This document shows, piece after piece, positions 1 through 7,575 of a DNA stretch of 64,000 nt (within the stretch, counting starts at the first letter, position 1; each line of letters starts with the position of its first letter). The position numbers and the translations under genes are program-made. The notes under the pieces were generated by a model, which saw only the letters and a list, made by a program, of their open reading frames with translations, was not told the origin of the DNA and ran no database searches. This DNA is from Candidatus Latescibacterota bacterium. Its GTDB lineage: Bacteria > Latescibacterota > UBA2968 > UBA8231. The stretch is from assembly GCA_965206595.1 (NCBI GenBank), contig OZ242214.1, forward strand, positions 3,360,001 through 3,424,000. The letters run 5' to 3'.

Positions 1-1405
1 CTAAGGAAGGAAAGAATTCGTAAAATTCCCGACATTGGTCAAAAAACAAGCAATCGCCAAACATAAAAGTTTTTTTCGCCTTGTATTTCAGGCGTAGTGA
101 TGCTTCGGGGACTACATGGTGTGGAAATCCATACGTCCCCAAGACTCCGTTTATAAGTAAATTGGGAAAAGGGATGTCGCAATAGAATCCACGCTCAATA
201 TCGAACCAGGAATTTTGGATCGCCACAAGGAGTTTTTCACTCGCTATATCCCAGTGACCATTGGCTACTGACTCAATAGCGAGGGCGGCGGGTAGCAAAT
301 CAGTAAGTCGTTTGCCGTTTATTTCATAAGTCCGCAGAATAGGTGTCACGGGGTCAGTGCCCAACATTGCCTTAGACTCAGTAAAAAAAACATAAAGGGG
401 GTAGCTGTTTGGGACGATATCCCAAGTTTGGCGTTCCAAGGACTTGATAACCCATTCCTGGAACGAAGTGCCGGAGGGTGGCCCGCTCTTCGGTCGGAAA
501 ATGAGATCTAGTGTATCCTTTAATTTCGATAAACTAATGCCAAAAACTCTCTCAAATACAGAATTTATCGATAAAGCCCGACAACTTGGAATAATGTATC
601 TTGCAATATCTACGGTAAAACGGGTAATAAAATCGGAATAAAACGGTTCTATATTTTCCCTACAAATCCTCCTTAGAGGTTCTCCTTCATAAGCCAGTTG
701 GACGGGGTCCAATCCTGACTCCCAAAGAGCCTTTGGTACACTTCGATAACGGGCCATGAAGTAAGCGGAGGTTAAGGCTGCATACTGTTCCAAGGCGTCA
801 GGCTTAACTTCAGAATAATTCGTAATCAAGGCGGATAGCGGTGCTAACCGCTGATGGGTTAGCGCTTCAAGGAGCGGGCCAAGCGTATTCGGTCTTCCCC
901 CCATAAACCGGCCACATACGTCGAGGTATACGATATCGAAAACGGTTGGTACTTGTCGGAAGAATTCCGCCAGTTCGCCTTGATGTAGTCTGATACCACT
1001 GCCCCGCTCTTTAATTCTCTCAAGGGCGACACGATAATGGGAATCCTTGCTCTCGATTGCCCAAATATTCTCTGGGAGTACCCCGCAATCAAGAAAGACC
1101 CCAAGATCATTCTCGGGAGACGGGCCACATAGGTAGAGAACCCGGAGTTCGCTTGCGTCCTTCGGTTGGTGATGGCTTTGGATAAGGGATCCCCAATTAT
1201 CCAGTCGTACTTGGGTCGCTTCCAACACCCCGTCCCGAACTTTATTTTTCCCGTATTGTTTCAGGTAGAGAGCGGCATCGAATGCAACCTTCCGAACAGA
1301 TTCTTCTCGGAGAATCCGAGACGATTCTCTGTCCTTCGTTAGGACCCTTACCGCATGTCGAAGAAGGAGGTTCCTTGCCTCGATCTTCTCTGGTTCCTGG
1401 TACAT
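1..1405 (-). CDS. Hypothetical protein with putative class I SAM-dependent methyltransferase fold (partial; runs off the window start)
   Basis: Manually translated from ATG at 1405: MYQEPEKIEARNLLLRHAVRVLT...LRVLYLCGPSPENDL...NIWAIE...FDIVYLDVCG..., open for 468 codons with no stop before position 1. Absent from the ORF track. Lower GC than the core. Confidence 0.7.
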   Translation of the reverse strand, partial: MYQEPEKIEARNLLLRHAVRVLTKDRESSRILREESVRKVAFDAALYLKQYGKNKVRDGVLEATQVRLDNWGSLIQSHHQPKDASELRVLYLCGPSPENDLGVFLDCGVLPENIWAIESKDSHYRVALERIKERGSGIRLHQGELAEFFRQVPTVFDIVYLDVCGRFMGGRPNTLGPLLEALTHQRLAPLSALITNYSEVKPDALEQYAALTSAYFMARYRSVPKALWESGLDPVQLAYEGEPLRRICRENIEPFYSDFITRFTVDIARYIIPSCRALSINSVFERVFGISLSKLKDTLDLIFRPKSGPPSGTSFQEWVIKSLERQTWDIVPNSYPLYVFFTESKAMLGTDPVTPILRTYEINGKRLTDLLPAALAIESVANGHWDIASEKLLVAIQNSWFDIERGFYCDIPFPNLLINGVLGTYGFPHHVVPEASLRLKYKAKKTFMFGDCLFFDQCREFYEFFPSL

Positions 1406-1648
1406 CCAATTCTTCCTGATGAGGGTTCGTAAGGGCATCGGCCGTTTGACCAGCGCAAAAAGCTGGATTCTGCCGGAGAAACGGGCGATTGGGGGTCCCG
1501 TGTGGTCAACATCTCGATTTAGTTACTCAACCCGAAAGTTTGAAATAAGCCTGCTTTAAAAACTGATGAATCGGCAACTCCGCGTTGTTTTCTCACGGAG
1601 AACCGAAAAACTTCTTGGCTCAGCATCATACCTTGGAGGTGAAGTAAC

Positions 1649-3508
1649 CCCTTGTTATTCATGGAATTTTAGTGGAGAGGGCTGTACTGGGTGCCTCCCA
1701 TGCTTAGATTTCAGAGGGAAACACAAGGCAGTATCGCCCTTTGAACCCATCACACAGTAGGACACCCAATGGGTGAATTACCGTCACACACCGAGTCCGA
1801 GCAAGCCGGGCCGATTCAGCCGTCTTTCAACCGCTCCATCCACATCGAAGCCCGCCCCACCCACCTTGGCAGCGACACCGGTGCGCTGATGTTGCGTCAA
1901 CTGCTCGAACACAGCCGGGTTCTGGATTGGGTCGACGCCCACTTCGAGGATCTCCGTACCCAAGACCAGATCACGCACCCGCTGCCGGAGCTGCTGCGCA
2001 CACAGATCGTGCTGCTGGCACAGGGCTGGACCCACGCCGCCGACGCCGACGCGTTGCGCCAAGATCCGATCCTGCGTCTGGCGGTCAGCGATCGCAAAGG
2101 GCAGGCGCCGTTGCGCAGCGGCGACGAAGACCGGCCGCAGGGACTGGCCAGTCAGCCGACGCTGTCGCGCCTGCTCGAGCAAGCCTCGACTGCCTATAAC
2201 CGCGAGGTGTTGGAGGAAGCCGTCCTGCGCAGCGCCCGGTCTCGTTGCCGGCTGCTGGAAGGACGGATGAAATACGAGGAGTTGGCCGTCGACATGGATG
2301 CCCTGCCGATGCCGGCGCACGGGCACCAGGCGGGGGTCGAATACAACGGCTACTTCCACGCCTCGGGGTACCATCCCCTGCTCCTCGGCTCGGCGCAGAC
2401 GGGCGATTTCTTCGGTGCCGTGCTGCGGCCGGGCAACGTGCACGCCCATGAGGGCGCCTCAGAGGCTCTCGGCAAGCGCTTGGACTGGATTCAGTCGCAT
2501 CTGGCCCGGCGCCTCATCCTGCGCTTCGACGCGGCCTCGGTGAGCGGGTCTTTCCTGAGTGAGCTGGAAGCGCGGGCCGACACCTCGTACGTGGCGCGCA
2601 TCAAGAAGAATGCGCGCCTGGAGGAGCTGGCTCGTGCCTGGGTGGAAGGCTATCAGCAGGAGCTGGCGCAGCACCCGGAAGAGCTGCGGGAAGAGGGTTT
2701 TCGCTGTCGCGAGCTGCGCTATCAAGCCAGGTCCTGGGCGCAGCCCCGGCGGGTGGTGTTGGTCCTGGTCCCTTCCGAGACGGAAGAGCTGCCCATCGCC
2801 CGCCACTTCTTCCTGATCACCGACCAGAGTCCCCAGACGATGAGCGGCCGCGACCTGGTCGCCTTTTATCGTCAGCGCGGCCTTTTCGAGCGCATGCTCG
2901 GCGAGTTGAGCTCCACCCTCCAGCCTCAGCTCTCCTCTACCACCCGTCGCAAGCAACACTACCGGGGTCGAGAGCCGCGTCAGCGCACCCCGTCCCGGGA
3001 TGCCTTCGCTGCCAACCAGGCGCTTCTGACCTTGAACCTGCTGGCCTACAACCTGCTTCACCTGGGCCGCCAGGCCGCCGAACGCGCCGAGGCCCGACGC
3101 GGGCGGCCCCGCACATACGGACGCTCGACGACGGCCCTGAGCCTGGACAGTTTTCGACGGCGCTACCTGCGCCTGCCGTCCCGCGTCACCTTGCATGGGC
3201 GCAGGGTGGGCGTCATCCTGACCCAAGGGACGGCGGCTGCCTGGGATCGTCTGTGGAGATTTCTGGCCACGCTCAAACCGGTGGACGCGGCGATGGCGTA
3301 AGCGCAGGCCGGGTCGGTCGGGATGATGGGCTCGCAAAGGCAAGCGTCTTCGAGAAGGCGCGTACAATTTCAACAAGGTCGGTAGAGATAAGGAGACGGC
3401 TCTACCCAAAAAGCCGACTATAGAAGGGACGCAAGCCTCTGAGGCTAAGCAAAGGGGTCTCGGAAGCGCCTATGTCCGCTTATGCGCGGGTTGAATGAAT
3501 AACAAAGG
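1649..3508 (+). mobile_element. IS1380-family insertion sequence, copy 1 (1860 bp)
   Basis: Terminal inverted repeats CCCTTGTTATTCAT and ATGAATAACAAAGG. Boundaries defined by comparison with the second copy at 54845-56704. Confidence 0.9.
1769..3301 (+). CDS. IS1380-family DDE transposase
   Basis: Motifs SDTGALML, LASQPTLSR, DMD...HGHQ, YNGYF...YHPL, LRPGN, LRFD and FYRQRG..E are typical of IS1380 transposases. Confidence 0.9.
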   Translation: MGELPSHTESEQAGPIQPSFNRSIHIEARPTHLGSDTGALMLRQLLEHSRVLDWVDAHFEDLRTQDQITHPLPELLRTQIVLLAQGWTHAADADALRQDPILRLAVSDRKGQAPLRSGDEDRPQGLASQPTLSRLLEQASTAYNREVLEEAVLRSARSRCRLLEGRMKYEELAVDMDALPMPAHGHQAGVEYNGYFHASGYHPLLLGSAQTGDFFGAVLRPGNVHAHEGASEALGKRLDWIQSHLARRLILRFDAASVSGSFLSELEARADTSYVARIKKNARLEELARAWVEGYQQELAQHPEELREEGFRCRELRYQARSWAQPRRVVLVLVPSETEELPIARHFFLITDQSPQTMSGRDLVAFYRQRGLFERMLGELSSTLQPQLSSTTRRKQHYRGREPRQRTPSRDAFAANQALLTLNLLAYNLLHLGRQAAERAEARRGRPRTYGRSTTALSLDSFRRRYLRLPSRVTLHGRRVGVILTQGTAAAWDRLWRFLATLKPVDAAMA

Positions 3509-3597
3509 ATATCATATCCATTTACGCTACGGGGCATTCGCCCCTTGGCCTTCGGCGCCCCGCTTACGCGGGGTCGTAAATGGTGAGAACGTTATAC
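3509..3597 (+). repeat. attC-like integron recombination site remnant (multi-hairpin imperfect palindrome)
   Basis: Outer stem CCATTTACG/CGTAAATGG, inner hairpins GGGGC-ATTC-GCCCC and CCCCGC-TTAC-GCGGGG, terminal GTTATAC (GTTRRRY-like). The complementary TAAC lies on the other side of the IS at 1645-1648. Confidence 0.45.
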
Positions 3598-3685
3598 GAA
3601 AGAGCACAGAAAACCTGCCTCACATGGAAGCATCTATATATCCGTCCAATTTTCCCATGGGGAGGAGACATGGTACGACGCCAGG

Positions 3686-5698
3686 ATGCGAATTCGCGGC
3701 GACAGTTCACGGGAACTTGAGAAGAAATCCCTCAAGATATGGTTTCCCACGAGGTCCTTCCTCGACGGGAGTGAAAAATTAAATTTTAACGCGGAATATT
3801 TGGATAGAAGCTATTTGCGCACAGTCCTGGCGAGCCGACTTTTCAGAGACACGGAACATCCTGGATTTCTGGCGGAGCATGCACGGGTTTTTCTCAACGA
3901 TGGATTCTTCGGCCTTTATGTCCGGGTAGAAAACATGGACAAGGAATTTTTGAGGCGGAACAATCTTAACACGGGCGGAAACCTGTACAAGGCCTATCTG
4001 GATGGAACCTCGTTGAGAATCGATGACGACGTCTCTTACCATTGGGAGAAGAAAACCAACGATGATGAAGATCGAAGTGATTTGCGAAATCTGATCTTTT
4101 TGCTCAACAATGTTCCCGACGTGGAGTTCTTGAATTTTGCCCGCGGTTATTTTCACTACGACAGGATGATTAATGTCATAGCTCTCAATATGCTCCTGGC
4201 AAATGGCAGTACCTACTACCACAACTATTACATGTTCCATGACACCAAGGGAGATGGGAAATGGTCCATGTTTCCCTGGGACACCGACCGCACCTTCAGG
4301 AACTACGGCGTAGACTATGCTTATCACCGCAGTTACCAGCCCCCCAGGCATCAGGGACGTTGGGACAATCCTTTTCTTGAACGAGCCCTTCAAAACGACA
4401 CCATATTTGCAGACATCCAGAAGCGCGTCAGGGAATTGAGTCTGACCCACTTCAATTCGGAATATCTTTTTGCGCTGATAGACAGCCTTCAGGCCGTACT
4501 CGCGCCGAGTGTCGTACTCGACAGCACGGACGATGTTACAAACCTGGCACAGTTGAGAAACCAGATAAAATCCGAGCGCGGCTACATACAGTCGCGCGCT
4601 CCCCGTCTCCAGGAGCAGTTCGAGAAATGGCCGTGCCCTTTCCAGATCCTGGGATTGCGCTGGATCGAAGAAACCCCCTGGTTGGTCTGGCAATCCTCGG
4701 AAAAATCCACCACCTCCACACTGAAGTACGGAAAGGAACGCACGCTCTCCGAGGATGGAATCTGGACAGTTGAAGGCTTGACCGACACAGCTTACGCCCT
4801 TCAACCGGAGCTACCCCCCGGGAGGTATTTCTGGAATGTAGAAGCCTTCAACAGCCACGGTTCCTTCGAGGCATATGACAGCAAAGCCACTTTCGTTCTT
4901 TCGAGGCACCGAGGGGGAATGCCCAAAATCAAAAATGTCGTAGTAATTAACGAATTGAACTATCGCTCCGCCGATGACTTCGACCCTGGTGACTGGATGG
5001 AGTTGTACAACCCTCAGAATCGGACAATCGATGTTTCAGGGTGGTATCTCAAGGATAACCGGGACGACCATACCTTCCTTATCCCCAATTCCACTTTTAT
5101 TGCCAGAAATTCCTACCTTGTCCTGTGTCAGGACCAGGACGACTTTCTGGCCCTATTTCCTAAAATCGGAACCTGTGCAGGAGACTGGGGTTTTGGGCTG
5201 GATCGCGCTTCGGAATCGGTCAAGGTCTTTAATTCCGAGGGGACGTTGGTAGACTCCGTTGCCTACAGTAACGAATTTCCCTGGCCCGTCGCGGCTGACG
5301 GGACCGGCTCAACTCTTCAGCTTATCAAGCCTGAATCGGACAATCGGTCCGCTGCCAACTGGGGGCCGTCCTCCGGACACGAAACCCCCGGACAGGCCAA
5401 TTATCCAATCCATCTGCCGGCAGGGGAGACCATAAGCAGTTACCCGAATCCCTTTAGTGAATCTACCACCATTATTTTTTTCCTTTTTGACGGGGCCCGG
5501 TGTTCTTTGGGTATTTTCGACATTCGAGGGGCCGAAATCATCAAGTTGGTGGACGAATGGAGATCCTCGGGGATTCACCAGGTTATCTGGGATGGACACA
5601 ATCAACGAAACGATCGAGTTGCCAGCGGCTTGTACATCGCTCACCTCCAAGGTCCTGAGGGAATTGGCGCGAGGCGGAAAATTATCATTGTCAGGTAG
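3686..5698 (+). CDS. CotH kinase family protein with lamin-tail domain and C-terminal FlgD/T9SS-like sorting domain; probably 5'-truncated
   Basis: RIRGDSSR..KKSLKI, HNYYM and PWDTD (CotH); VINELNY..DWMELYN..DVSGWYLKD (lamin tail); YPNPF...WDG...VASGLY tail. No signal peptide. Confidence 0.85.
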   Translation: MRIRGDSSRELEKKSLKIWFPTRSFLDGSEKLNFNAEYLDRSYLRTVLASRLFRDTEHPGFLAEHARVFLNDGFFGLYVRVENMDKEFLRRNNLNTGGNLYKAYLDGTSLRIDDDVSYHWEKKTNDDEDRSDLRNLIFLLNNVPDVEFLNFARGYFHYDRMINVIALNMLLANGSTYYHNYYMFHDTKGDGKWSMFPWDTDRTFRNYGVDYAYHRSYQPPRHQGRWDNPFLERALQNDTIFADIQKRVRELSLTHFNSEYLFALIDSLQAVLAPSVVLDSTDDVTNLAQLRNQIKSERGYIQSRAPRLQEQFEKWPCPFQILGLRWIEETPWLVWQSSEKSTTSTLKYGKERTLSEDGIWTVEGLTDTAYALQPELPPGRYFWNVEAFNSHGSFEAYDSKATFVLSRHRGGMPKIKNVVVINELNYRSADDFDPGDWMELYNPQNRTIDVSGWYLKDNRDDHTFLIPNSTFIARNSYLVLCQDQDDFLALFPKIGTCAGDWGFGLDRASESVKVFNSEGTLVDSVAYSNEFPWPVAADGTGSTLQLIKPESDNRSAANWGPSSGHETPGQANYPIHLPAGETISSYPNPFSESTTIIFFLFDGARCSLGIFDIRGAEIIKLVDEWRSSGIHQVIWDGHNQRNDRVASGLYIAHLQGPEGIGARRKIIIVR

Positions 5699-5791
5699 TC
5701 CACCGGGCAAGCAGCGGGGCCACGGTTGTCGAACTCATGATATGCTTGGTAACTGCGCGTATGCAGCTGCTGGCGTTGCGGCGCTGATTTA

Positions 5792-5812
5792 TGGTGGGCG
5801 ATGTCGGGCTCG
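5792..5812 (-). repeat. Duplicate of the tRNA-Val 3' end (att-like site)
   Basis: TGGTGGGCGATGTCGGGCTCG versus tRNA TGGTGGGCGATGCCGGGCTCG (5905-5925): 20 of 21 identical. Confidence 0.75.
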
Positions 5813-5844
5813 TGTCCAAGATCGCGAATTCTTCTGAATTCGCG

Positions 5845-5878
5845 GCACCTGAGACGCCCACCGAGGCGTCTCAGGTGC
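5845..5878 (-). terminator. 14-bp stem hairpin downstream of tRNA-Val
   Basis: GCACCTGAGACGCC-caccga-GGCGTCTCAGGTGC, with an adjacent second hairpin CGCGAATTC-ttct-GAATTCGCG (5823-5844). No clear U-tract. Confidence 0.55.
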
Positions 5879-5904
5879 GCCGGGAGAAGAGCACGGCAGA
5901 GTGT

Positions 5905-5981
5905 TGGTGGGCGATGCCGGGCTCGAACCAGCGACCCCCTGCTTGTAAGGCAGGTGCTCTGACCAACTGAGCTAATCGCCC
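5905..5981 (-). tRNA. tRNA-Val (anticodon TAC)
   Basis: GGGCGATTAGCTCAGTTGGTCAGAGCACCTGCCT-TAC-AAGCAGGGGGTCGCTGGTTCGAGCCCGGCATCGCCCACCA: full cloverleaf with encoded CCA. Confidence 0.97.
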
Positions 5982-5990
5982 CGGCGGAAG

Positions 5991-6019
5991 AAGGTAGAGG
6001 ATCATCTCCGGGGGGGCAA
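5991..6019 (-). promoter_or_regulatory. Putative sigma70 promoter of tRNA-Val
   Basis: TTGCCC-N17-TACCTT on the minus strand, just upstream of the tRNA. Confidence 0.5.
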
Positions 6020-6080
6020 AGGTCCGCAGGCGGGGCGCCTCGAATCGGCCCCGCTTCTTTAACCCCGCGGTTTCCCAACA

Positions 6081-6110
6081 TTGACCGTCTCCAATCCCCC
6101 GGGTTATATT
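6081..6110 (+). promoter_or_regulatory. Putative sigma70 promoter of tyrS
   Basis: TTGACC-N18-TATATT, about 200 nt upstream of the tyrS ATG. Confidence 0.5.
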
Positions 6111-6120
6111 TGCACCCTCT

Positions 6121-6154
6121 GAAGTAACCTATGAAGTAACCGAGAAGTAACCGA
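6121..6154 (+). repeat. Triple direct repeat GAAGTAACC in the tyrS leader
   Basis: Copies start at 6121, 6133 and 6144. Confidence 0.8.
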
Positions 6155-6247
6155 AATCGGCAAAGCTTACAACGACAGCACGCGTTCACAGCGAGTATCG
6201 CTATACCTCCTGCAGGGGTTAGCGTCGCGTTGCGTCCAGCGTGTTCG

Positions 6248-6280
6248 AGCCCCCGATAAGATTTCGGGGGCTTTTTCTTT
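6248..6280 (+). terminator. Intrinsic terminator (attenuator) in the tyrS leader
   Basis: AGCCCCCGA-taagatt-TCGGGGGCT followed by TTTTCTTT, about 30 nt before the tyrS start. Confidence 0.75.
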
Positions 6281-6307
6281 GTACCTCAACCAACGGCATC
6301 AAGGCTT

Positions 6308-7555
6308 ATGAACATTCTCGATGATCTTCATAACCGGGGGCTCGTCTACCAGGTCACCGACGGCCTCGAAGCGCGGCTGCGGCAGTCCGCGCCGCTGACC
6401 GTGTACGCCGGCTTCGATCCGACGGCCGACAGCCTCCAGATCGGCAACCTCGGCACCGCGCTGCTGCTGCGGCGCTTCCAGCAAGCCGGGCACGTGCCGA
6501 TCGCCCTGGTCGGGGGCGGCACCGGTCTGATTGGGGATCCGGGCGGCAGGTCGGAGGAGCGCGCCCTCAATCCCGCGGAAACCGTGGCGGCGTGGGCGGA
6601 GAAGATCAGGGCCCAGCTCGAGCCCTATCTCGACTTCACGGCGCGCGCCAATCCCGCGGTCGTCGTCAACAACTACGACTGGCTTGGAACGGTCGGGGCC
6701 ATCGACCTGATGCGGGACGTCGGCAAGCACTTCCCGGTCCCCTACATGCTCGCCAAGGACTCGGTCGCCTCCCGTCTCGAAGTGGGGATCTCCTACACCG
6801 AGTTCAGCTACATGGTGCTGCAGGCCTTCGACTTCCTCGAGCTGAACCAGCGCTACGGCTGCGAGGCGCAGCTGGGCGGCAGCGACCAGTGGGGGAACAT
6901 CACCGCCGGGGTCGACCTGATCCGGCGCTCCGCGGGGCGCCGCGCCTACGGCCTCACCTGTCCCCTGGTCACCAAGGCGGACGGCAGCAAGTTCGGAAAG
7001 ACCGAGGGCAACAGCGTGTGGCTCGACGGCTCCCTGACCTCGCCGTACGAGTTCTACCAGTTCTGGATCAACGCCGACGATGCCAGCGCCCTGAGCTACC
7101 TGAAGGTCTTCACCTTTCTCGGAGACGACGAGATCGAAGCACTCGCCGAGGCGACCGCGGAGAACCCGGGCAGGCGGGAGGCCCAGCGCGTACTCGCCAG
7201 AGAGGTGACGGCAATGGCGCACGGCGCCGCCGCTGCCGCCAAGGCCGGGAAGATCTCCACCGCCCTCTTCTACGGAGACCTCGGCGAGCTCGAGGAGGAC
7301 GAGATCGAGCTGGGGTTTCACGACGTCCCGACCTACCGGATGAGCGAGCCGGAGCTCGGGCTCGTCGATCTCCTGGTCGCGGCCGGGATCTCGCCGTCGA
7401 AACGGCAGGCGCGCCAGGACATCGGCAGCGGCGCCATCTACGTCAACGCCGAGCGCTGCACGGAGCTCGACCGCCTCATGCGCACCCGCGACGGCCTGCA
7501 CGGCAAGTACCTCGTCCTGCGCCGCGGCAAGAGCAAGTACTTCCTGATCAGATAA
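6308..7555 (+). CDS. tyrS: Tyrosine--tRNA ligase
   Basis: YAGFDPTADSL, QLGGSDQWGN, KFGKT and a C-terminal S4-like domain (LRRGK). Confidence 0.97.
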   Translation: MNILDDLHNRGLVYQVTDGLEARLRQSAPLTVYAGFDPTADSLQIGNLGTALLLRRFQQAGHVPIALVGGGTGLIGDPGGRSEERALNPAETVAAWAEKIRAQLEPYLDFTARANPAVVVNNYDWLGTVGAIDLMRDVGKHFPVPYMLAKDSVASRLEVGISYTEFSYMVLQAFDFLELNQRYGCEAQLGGSDQWGNITAGVDLIRRSAGRRAYGLTCPLVTKADGSKFGKTEGNSVWLDGSLTSPYEFYQFWINADDASALSYLKVFTFLGDDEIEALAEATAENPGRREAQRVLAREVTAMAHGAAAAAKAGKISTALFYGDLGELEEDEIELGFHDVPTYRMSEPELGLVDLLVAAGISPSKRQARQDIGSGAIYVNAERCTELDRLMRTRDGLHGKYLVLRRGKSKYFLIR

Positions 7556-7575
7556 GGCAGGGGGGCCTCGGCCGC

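Noticed and set aside
1641-1650. GAAGTAACC at the IS flank matching the tyrS leader repeats
   Set aside because: A single 9-bp match, partly formed by the IS end; compatible with chance.
6121-6280. T-box riboswitch, or a mini-CRISPR from the GAAGTAACC repeats
   Set aside because: No UGGNACC T-box bulge. The repeats are 9 bp with 2-3 bp spacers, and I found no cas genes or CRISPR array in the window.
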